Shown piece after piece: positions 54,590 through 64,000 of a stretch of DNA of 64,000 bases. The translations under genes and the position numbers were made by a program. Under the pieces are notes generated by a model. It worked only from the letters and a program-made list of their open reading frames with translations. It was not told where the DNA came from and did no database searches. Location of the stretch: contig NC_043005.1 in assembly GCF_006345805.1 (NCBI RefSeq), forward strand, positions 81,096,001-81,160,000, written 5' to 3'. The DNA is from Octopus sinensis. Its lineage: Eukaryota. The number at the start of each line of letters is the position of its first letter. Position 1 is the first letter of the stretch.

Positions 54590-55080
54590 ATATGCAACAT
54601 CTACGCTGAGGACACCCAACGCAAATTTCAGAAAATGCTATTTCATTTCTCAATAGAGATAATCCACACTATAAAAACAAAATTTCAAAAACTCTTTACA
54701 AAGCCGAAAACTGAAAAATCAAGTTGATGAAAACCTTATGCCAAACAGTAAACATCAGCCAAAAATTTTAATATATTTTCATGGATGCAAAATTCACATC
54801 AGAGGATAATTTAGAATAAACTGAATAACCTGGCCCAATTGCAAAGAAAATCATAGTGGTGAAACCAACAATTCTTTTTGCCAACGTATGAGGATCCATA
54901 GACAACAAATCGGATAAAAAGAATCACTCAAGATTCCACGGAGTAAGCATCGGGAAATATGTGGAAACAGAAGAGTCAAAATTTTTCCCTGTTACAAATA
55001 ACCAACAGATGACCGAAAGTACCCAAAGGCAATAGAATTACATTTTATCAAAACATTCTTAGATGAACTAAACGTATATA
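54590..55080 (+). mobile_element. degenerate Penelope-like ORF (linker plus GIY-YIG)
   Basis: PNCKENHSGETNNSFCQRMRIHRQQI..KIFPCYK..KAIELHFIK..ELN. Confidence 0.65.
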
Positions 55081-55566
55081 AAAGCAGAATTATATTTATG
55101 AACATATGAAAATCCATAATAAAATGTTCTCATTACTGTTACAAGTTACTAAAATAACTGAATAAGGAACTAACATCTAATGCACACACACATGTATGCG
55201 CGCTCACATACACACACTCATACACACACACACACACACGCAAGCAAGTTTCATAACCTTCCTAAACAAAATTTCTAGAGCTGGATAACGGAACAACTGA
55301 CAGTGAATCAAAGAAAATTTACTTTTTGAAATGTCATCAGCTTAAGCCATCCAAGAGAAAAACCCTTTTGTACAGCTGGGTAGCATACAACGGACCCCAA
55401 AACACAATGATCTCAACCATTCTTGAAAAAGAAAAAGAGCCCCCCCTCACTCTCTTTCTTTTAATTTTCTTTATTTTTCTTTCTTGCTTTTTCTTCCTCT
55501 ACAATAGCGTCTGAAATTTCACCATATAGACGAATTTACACACACACATACATACGCACACACATG

Positions 55567-55599
<33 letters not shown>

Positions 55600-55605
55600 T
55601 TATGC

Positions 55606-55686
<81 letters not shown>

Positions 55687-55761
55687 TATAGATGTTATTG
55701 ATAGAAATGGTAAGACACAAAACATGAAAAAGACCTCGATATATGTAAATAGAGTTATTTA

Positions 55762-55938
55762 TCTGTAAATGTAATATGTGACAATAATTCGTTAGCCATG
55801 ATAAAACTCCGAGTTTCGAATGTCGGGGCGGAAATCCAGGCCGCCATCTCTTCAGTTACCGGCCATCGGCATTCCGACATCCGAAACTCGGAGAGATTTT
55901 TCATAGCTACCGAATAATTGTCACATATTACATTTACA
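55762..55938. repeat. inverted repeat (~70-bp arms) containing a hammerhead
   Basis: TCTGTAAATGTAATATGTGACAAT..CGAGTTTCG mirrors CGAAACTCGG..ATTGTCACATATTACATTTACAGA. Confidence 0.88.
55800..55860 (-). ncRNA. type-I hammerhead ribozyme motif
   Basis: GGUAA-CUGAAGA-[GAUG GCGG..CCGC..CAUUC]-GAAA-CUC G GAG-UU-UUAUC; stem I GGUAA/UUAUC. Confidence 0.75.
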
Positions 55939-55949
55939 GATATATATAT

Positions 55950-56100
<151 letters not shown>

Positions 56101-56708
56101 CGTACACATATAGATTCGAAGTAACAAAGAACATTTCCTTCCCATTTCAGCTGATGACTCTTTCAGCTAATTCACACTTATAGAAAAATCATAAAGTGTC
56201 TGTAAAAAAATCATTCTTCATGCATCTCTGAGTGAGATGAAAGCGTTAAATAGATAATTATCCAAAATCTACACAAGCATCTTCCTTTCTAGAAAATATC
56301 AGGTGCTGTCTTAATAAGCCATGCTCGTATCCGTATTGCATTTGGTGACCTGAGGACAGAGATGAGGAACCACCAGGTGAAGAGAATGAATTATAAACAT
56401 CGGGGAATAGTAATAATTGTAGCGTGATTCTGTTGTTCATTGTCTATTTGCGTGTTTTGCTTTGGTAGGATCGGCTTGTTTGTTTTTATGCTTCTGCTGT
56501 TACTACGTGTATCATGATTGGATTGGATTTTCGGTTTTTTCTTTTGATTTGTTTTCTCGCTGAACACTCATACGTCGTTTTCGACATGTATCGATGCTTG
56601 TGTGCGTGTGTGCGTGTGTGTGTGTGTGTCTTTGCGTATCTATGCTGGGTGATGTAAAAAGAAGAGAATTCAAAAAGATTTTTATTAGGGTGCGTATATA
56701 TATATACA

Positions 56709-56715
<7 letters not shown>

Positions 56716-56747
<32 letters not shown>

Positions 56748-58105
56748 TGTGTACGGTGCTCAGGTGCACTACAACTCATCTAAAGTGTATATATAATCAG
56801 GTGTAGTTTCGGCGGATTTCGGAAAGCATGAGGGCCTTAAAGGGTGCAGTGTCATGGCAGTCAACAACTGACGCAGGCAGTTTATTCCATGATTCAGCAA
56901 CTCTGAGCGTGAAAAAATGTTTCCGAAAGTCATGGGAGCTGTGTTGTTTTCTGACTTTGTAGGCATGTCCACGTGTGTTAGACACATGGAGATCAAAAAG
57001 GTGTTCAGTGAATCCATGCCGAGGGAAACAAGGCGCTCAGAATATGGTAGGTGTCTGATGGAGGGTATGCGTTTGGTTGCACGTCTCTGGACAGATTCCA
57101 GGAGGTCAATGTTCTGAGCAAGATAGGGGTTCGAAACTGATGATGCGAATTCCAAGTGTGGTCGTACCATAGCTGTATACAGTTTTAAATAGATGGCTGG
57201 AGAGCGGCTAACAAAAGTCTTGCTGAGTGATGCCAAGACACCCTCGGCTTTCTTTACAATTTTAGAGATATGCTTTGTCCAACGCAAATCACTACTGACA
57301 GTGAGGCCTAGGTCACGCTCGCAAGAGGATTTCTTGATATCAGTGTTGTGGAGGGAGTATGCGGACGCAGGGTTTTTTCTCCCAAAATGCATGGTGGTAC
57401 ACTTGTCCACAGCCAGTTTCAGTTGCCAGTCTGTGATCCATTGCTGCATTGTGTCTAGGTCTGATTGCAGGAAAGAGTTGTAGACATCAGGATCTGTCCT
57501 CTTGATTTCAAGGTACAGCTTGATGTCGTCTGCATATTTCAATACTGTGGCATTATTTAAATTGGCATCTATGTCATTAATGTATGCCACAAACAAGAGG
57601 GGACAAAGGACAGATCCCTGTGGTACACCCGATGACATCTCATATGGTGTAGAATGCTGTCCTAGAACTGTGACTACCTCCTTTCGGCTGAGAATGAAGG
57701 ATTTCAACCAGTTAAAAAGGTCATCCCCCACACCCATTGCAGAGAGTTTCACCATAAGGCTTTTGTGTGGCACAGAGTTGAAAGCCTTAGCAAAGTCAAG
57801 GTAGACAACATGCACCCATGAGCCACTATCAGTGATCTGAGTAATTTCCTCAAGGAACTCGACAAGCTGATCACTGCAGCTGGAGTTAGGGACAAATCCA
57901 TATTGTGAGGGTCGGATGAGACTGTGAGAGCTCCAGAAGATCCAGAGTGTTTCTCTGACACACGATTCCATCAGTTTTGCAATACAGCTAGTGAGACTGA
58001 CTGGGCGATAGTTGACAGGTGATGTGCTGTCGCCCTTTTGGAACAGAGGAATGACACTGGCAGTTTTCCACTGCTCCGGAGTAGCACCATTGTTGAGACA
58101 GTACT
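56716..58105 (-). mobile_element. 5'-truncated CR1-clade LINE with an open RT domain
   Basis: NYRPVSLTS, YLDFAKAFNSVPH, SGVPQGSVL, KYADD, RPHLEFAS, TRGH..FFTLRV..WNKLP; internal deletion near 56990; (ATT)n tail. Confidence 0.95.
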
Positions 58106-58114
58106 GCAAGAAAA

Positions 58115-58150
<36 letters not shown>

Positions 58151-58215
58151 TATATGTATATAGATCGCTAGCCACAACACATTCTTTATTTCTCTCCTTG
58201 TTTCTTTCTGTGTTC

Positions 58216-58251
58216 CTTTCTGTGGAAGAGCGGAGGCTCGAAACGTTAAAG
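58216..58251 (+). ncRNA. hammerhead-like motif with A6U core variant
   Basis: CUUU-CUGUGGA-A-GAGC ggag GCUC-GAAA-CG-UU-AAAG; all stems pair. Confidence 0.55.
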
Positions 58252-58500
58252 ACTGTTTCACTTCCCGAGAGTTATACTAATACATCTGTTTGTTGTCTCC
58301 GTATTTTTTTAAAAAATTCTCCCCTGTATACATGTATATATATATATATGTATATATATATATAAAAGTATACATACATATTTGTATGTGTATGTATACA
58401 TAAGTATACATACAGAATGATGTATATTTTGTCAGAAAATTTTAAATATTTCACTGAGATATATACACATACAAAAACGCAAACACATGCACTTAATCTT

Positions 58501-58539
<39 letters not shown>

Positions 58540-59140
58540 GAAACATTTAAATGTGTATATATACTTATGTATACACGTGCTTACACATACAAATGTGCAT
58601 GTGTTTGTGTGCGACTGTGTCTGTGTGTATTCATGCTTATGTGTACGTGTACGTGTTTGCGTGTGTGTGTGTGTTTATATATTTCGATGAAAAATATAGA
58701 ATTTTCTGACATAAAATGTACATTACTCTGCATCTTTCTTAGAATCATTGTAAACAATAAATACAAGTGTATTTTCGTGTTTGTCACCTTGTTCACCGTT
58801 TATCTTGATTAGTTTTGTATTTATTTAATTATTGTTTTAATTTCCACATTATTTACATTACCTCTATTTCTATTTTCTTTACATTAATATTAGCTATGTT
58901 GTAGCATCATACGAAATAGGAATCAGTATATATATTTCTTTCTATTGACAATCTTCGTCGCAGTCAACCATCGAAGAAGCATTTCGCGATAACCCTGCAT
59001 TTCTGTTATCTATAAATTCGATGTAATTTTCTCCGTAATATTTTCATTATTTCTAGGTACCAATTCCATTTTTGTAAAGGTGGCTGATGAAGTTATAGCA
59101 CCGAACGTTTTTAAAATTATCTAATTAGCTATACAACTAT

Positions 59141-59350
59141 TACGAAGGTGAGTCAAAAAGTAATACCATATTGTTTAGGACAGGTATAATTACCAACACA
59201 GGAACATATATCATGCGTCAAAATGAAGCTGGTCAACATTGTCACCGTTTCTCTCAATAGCAATGTTCCACCTTCGAATGAGAGCATGTATCCCTGCCCT
59301 GATGGATGTCTTGCATACTGCATACTTGATTGTGCCCGTTTCAACATCAA
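59141..59350 (+). mobile_element. possible mariner terminal fragment
   Basis: TACGAAGGTGAGTCAAAAAGTAATACC resembles mariner TIR starts; no partner TIR was found. Confidence 0.4.
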
Positions 59351-59696
59351 AGTAAAGATCAGAACAAAACAGGTGTAGCTTTAGGATCCTTTTATGCTGG
59401 ATTCTTTTGGTTAATATTGGAGTTGTGGATTACCAAGCAAAAATGAACTTCCATTCATGAATACATTCTCTGCTATGAAAATTATGGTTTTCCATTTTGA
59501 TGTACCTCAATTCTATGTGCATCCCCTCTATTCAAATGCAAAGATATGTTCTTACGCATATATATATATGTGTTTTCACCCCTTGGAGTGGAAAGAAGAG
59601 AGAGGTGCAATTCACTTGGACCATTATTTAATTCTGGTTCACTGTGCACGTGTATATATGTGTATATATATATGTATGTATGTATGTATATGCATG

Positions 59697-59749
<53 letters not shown>

Positions 59750-60342
59750 GTGATATTTAATTGTGTATAAGTATGGAGAAGTGATTTCGAGTATATGTTA
59801 TTACGTGACCATCCTTTTATATTATGGTGGGTAGATGTGGATCGAATCGGGTAAATTCATATAAACCTCTTCTAGGATTCTGTTGATTTGATGGGTGTAG
59901 TTATGTTTTGTTTGCTGTATCGTGGTTGAGGGTGTACATACGCTGGCGTGATTATTGAATGAGTTGTTCAGGAGTTGTGAAAAGCGATATTCTAATCAAG
60001 TATTTGTATGTATATCATATCATAAGTTCATGAATGTATAAGTTTATGTGCGTATATACTTTATTCTCTGATTATTTCCTTCTGAAAAAAATAATTTATT
60101 GTTTATTCTTGACTTATTTTCTAACAGCACATGCATCCAATTTGACTTCGTCTAATGACTGGTTTGGGCAGCATTCTATATTCACTCATTTATTGTTCGA
60201 TTTACTGAAATATGGATATTGACGTATAATACGCTTTTCACAAGTTTTTGGAGAGGCTTGACAATTGTCTGTCAGCTACGATCAATATGATATGTCATAT
60301 TCTTGCTATGAGTGGCTATGCGAAGATTGAATACATCCTGTT

Positions 60343-62110
60343 TATGTATGTATGTATGTATGTATGTATGTATGTATGTATGTATGTATGTATGTATGTA
60401 TGTATGTATGTATGTATGTATGTATGTATGTATGTATGTATGTATGTATGTATGTATGTATGTATGTATGTATGTATGTATGTATGTATGTATGTAGTAT
60501 GTATGTATGTATGTATGTATGTATGTATGTATGTATGTATGTATGTATGTATGTATGTATGTAGTATGTATGTATGTATGTATGTATGTATTATGTATGT
60601 ATGTATGTATGTATGTATGTATGTATGTATGTATGTATGTATGTATGTATGTATGTATGTATGTATGTATGTATGTATGTATGTATGTATGTATGTATGT
60701 ATGTATGTATGTATGTATGTATGTATGATGTATGTATGTATGTATGTATGTATGTATGTATGTATGTATGTATGTATGTATGTATGTATGTATGTATGTA
60801 TGTATGTATGTATGTATGTATGTATGTATGTAGTATGTATGTATGTTGTATGTATGTATGTATGTATGTATGTATGTATGTATGTATGTATGTATGTATG
60901 TAGTATGTATGTATGTATGTATGTATGTATGTATGTATGTATGTATGTATGTAGTATGTAGATGTATGTATGTATGTATGTATGATGTATGTATGTATGT
61001 ATGTATGTATTATGTATGTATGTATGTATGTATGTATGTATGTATGTATGTATGTATGTATGTATGTATGTATGTATGTATGTATGTAGTATGTATGTAG
61101 GTATGTATGTATGTATGTATGTATGTATGTATGAGTATGTATGTAGGTTGTATGTATGTATGTATGTATGTATGTAGGTATGTATGTATGTATGTATGTA
61201 TGTATGTATGTATGTATGTATGTATGTATGTATGTATGTATGTATGTATGTATGTATGTATGTAGTATGTATGTATGTATGTATGATGTATGTATGTATG
61301 TATGTATGTATGTATGTATGTATGTATGTATGTATGTATGTATGTATGTATGATGTATGTATGTATGTATGTATGTAGTATGTATGTATGTATGTATGTA
61401 TGTATGTATGTATGTATGTATGTATGTATGTATGTATGTATGTATGTATGTATGTATGTATGATGTATGTATGTATGTATGTATGCATGCAGCATGCATG
61501 CATGCAGCATGCATGCATGCATGCATGCTGCATGCATGCATGCATGCATGCTGCATGCATGCATGCATGCATGCATGCATGCATGCATGCATGCATGCAT
61601 GCATGCATGCATGCATGCATGCATGCATGTATGTAGTTGTATGTTGTGTATATGTATGTATGTAGTATTATGTATGTTATGTATGTAGTATGTATGTATG
61701 CATGCATGCATGCATGCATGCAGTATGGCATGCATGCATGCATGCATGCATGCATGCATGCATGCATGCATGCATGTATGTATGTATGTATGTATGCATG
61801 TATGCATGTATGCATGCATGTATGCATGCATGCATGCATGCATGCATGTATGCATGCATGCATGTATGCATGCATGCATGTATGCATGCATGTATGTATG
61901 CATGCATGTATGTATGGCATGTATGTATGTATGCATGTATGTATGTATGCATGTATGTATGTATGCATGTATGTATGTATGCATGTATGTATGCATGTAT
62001 GTATGTATGCATGTATGCATGTATGCATGTATGCATGCATACATGCATGCATGCATGCATGCATGCATGCATGCATATATGTATGCGTGTGTGTGTATGT
62101 ATGCATGCAT
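60343..62110. repeat. 1.77-kb tetranucleotide array: (TATG)n grading into (CATG)n, then mixed
   Basis: TATG to about 61484, CATG 61485-61628, mixed thereafter. Confidence 0.97.
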
Positions 62111-62189
62111 ATATGGATGAACAGAATAATGTATGAATCTATATTTACCTATCAGTCACTCTCTGCTTCTCTCACTCTGTCATTATATA

Positions 62190-62249
<60 letters not shown>

Positions 62250-63341
62250 TAGATAGATACATATATATTTATATATATATATAGGCATGTATGTATGTAT
62301 ATAAATATATGTGCACGTAGATATGAGAGAGGGCGAGAACGAGAGAGAGAGAGAGAAATAAGCAAGTAATGGGGATAAAGTGTGACATACTCATTCATCT
62401 ATGTGTGTATATATATATTTATATATATTTATGTATGAGTGTATAAATATTTATGTATATATATATGTGTGTGTGTATGTATGTGTGTATATGTATGTGT
62501 GGTTTAAAACGGTGTGTAGGAGGACAAAATAGATATGTATATAATGGGCTAGTCATTTCTATTATATCACCATGCTTAATCAAGTGTAATAGAGAGGATT
62601 GTTATTCAGGGAACGTTTTATTCATAAAACTAAAACTTTCAGTAAAAATACAAATGAAAATCGAGACAGAAAGGAATCGAAGAAGCCATCAAAACACATT
62701 TCCATCAATTTTCTTGATACCTCTCGAGACACAAGGACTTGGAGAGAAGCCCACGCTGTCAGAGAATTATATACCGTAAACATTGACACACTCATATACA
62801 TAAGCTCGACATCCTGTCTGTGTCACAATTCTCTCTCTCTTCATAAATATATATATATATATATATATGCGTCTGTGTGTGTGTGGCTGTGTGTGTGCGT
62901 TCGTGCGTTTGTTTACGTACATACATTCATTCAAAGATACGGTTGTACATACAATGATTTCAACAAACATTTTACATTACTGACTCAAGTGAACTTATGC
63001 TAATAGGGCAGTATTAAACTACTTCGCTGTCGATGAATCTATAGATTACAATCAATGAACCATTTAGTTATCGGTTATTTCCAATCCATTACGGATATTG
63101 TGATAAAAGATAATTTATTTTCAGAACTATATTGCAATGAATTTTAAATACAAATCAGGTACTTTATTGTAGTTTTGATTAATTTGGTGCTGTCATCAAT
63201 TATCTTTCTTAAAATAATTACTATTAATGAAAAGAACCGTGTCTGTTAGTCTCTTGCTTTGAAATGTTGAAATGTGACACTACTGTATATATATATATTA
63301 TATATAATAATAATATATATATATATATAATATATATATAT

Positions 63342-63391
<50 letters not shown>

Positions 63392-63504
63392 TTTGATCTA
63401 TATATACAATATGTGTGTATGTATGCATATACACACATGGCACATACATCCATACATACATACATATATACATATATACATACATACATATATATAATAT
63501 ATAT

Positions 63505-63539
<35 letters not shown>

Positions 63540-63541
<2 letters not shown>

Positions 63542-63915
63542 TGGCACTCCGTCGGTTACGACGACAAGGTTCCAGTTGATCCGATCAACGGCACAGCCTG
63601 CTCGTGAAATTAACGTGCAAGTGGCTGAACAGTCCACAGACACGTATACCCTTAACGTAGTTCTCGGGTAGATTCAGCGTGGCACTGTGACAAGACAGGC
63701 CTTTTGAAATATACGTACAGCAGAAACAAGAAAAAACGGAGAGAAAGTTGTTGTGAAAGAGTACAGTATGGTTCACCACCACCCCCTCCCGGAGCCTTGT
63801 GAACCATTAGATGTTTCCGCTCAATAAACACTCACAACGCCCAGTCTCAGAATTTAAACCGCGATCTTACGACCGCGAGTCCGCTGCCCTTAGCACTAGA
63901 CTATTGCGCCTTCTA
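63540..63915 (-). mobile_element. tRNA-derived SINE, family C
   Basis: Reverse complement of 4043-4418. Confidence 0.85.
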
Positions 63916-64000
63916 CATGATCTCTTATATGTAAGTATATATATAAATTTTGTACGACTCTATTATTCTTTCTATACTTTCATTCTTTCCTTCTTTCTAT

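Noticed and set aside
56769-58175. 468-aa ORF as an intact host gene
   Set aside because: The N-terminus is read through a (TACA)n microsatellite and the rest is truncated CR1 RT with a deletion-shifted end.
59078-59112. CTGATGAAG..CCGAACG hammerhead-like string (similar weak strings near 9903, 20045, 56143, 58975)
   Set aside because: GAAA is incomplete or missing and stem I does not pair; too decayed to call.
59880-60010. Possible further GIY-YIG tail (FNNHASVC..RILEE) on the minus strand; similar hint near 62670
   Set aside because: Only a few residues resemble the motif, which is insufficient support.
60248-62284. Long ORFs of up to 596 aa (MYVC/HTYI/HACM repeats)
   Set aside because: They are translations of a stop-free tetranucleotide array, not genes. 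The same applies to the poly-I/Y/K/E/L ORFs throughout the window.

Overview
AT-rich eukaryotic DNA, dense in microsatellites. The repeat style suggests a coleoid cephalopod such as Octopus (inference, not verified). I recognise no host protein-coding exon, true tRNA, rRNA or CRISPR array, and most listed ORFs are translations of microsatellites. The window is a mosaic of: (i) about 11 fragments of R4/Dong-like non-LTR retrotransposons with a restriction-like endonuclease (RLE), many bounded by (TAA)n, including a five-element same-strand stack at about 40.1-44.5 kb; (ii) CR1-group LINEs; (iii) at least four tRNA-derived SINE families; (iv) Penelope-like element (PLE) remnants with GIY-YIG-type fragments; (v) mariner and Helitron-like relics; (vi) a 1.77-kb (TATG)n/(CATG)n array. 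The main unexplained signal is about 10 minimal type-I hammerhead ribozyme motifs from several repeat families. Several of them sit in head-to-head inverted duplications typical of PLE integration. One family joins a tRNA-derived Pol III head to a hammerhead-bearing 3' end and looks like a PLE-mobilised ribozyme SINE. A defined-length non-coding element of about 550 bp occurs three times, always inside (TAA)n tracts and in the same orientation. Coordinates were read by eye and are approximate to a few bases unless stated.
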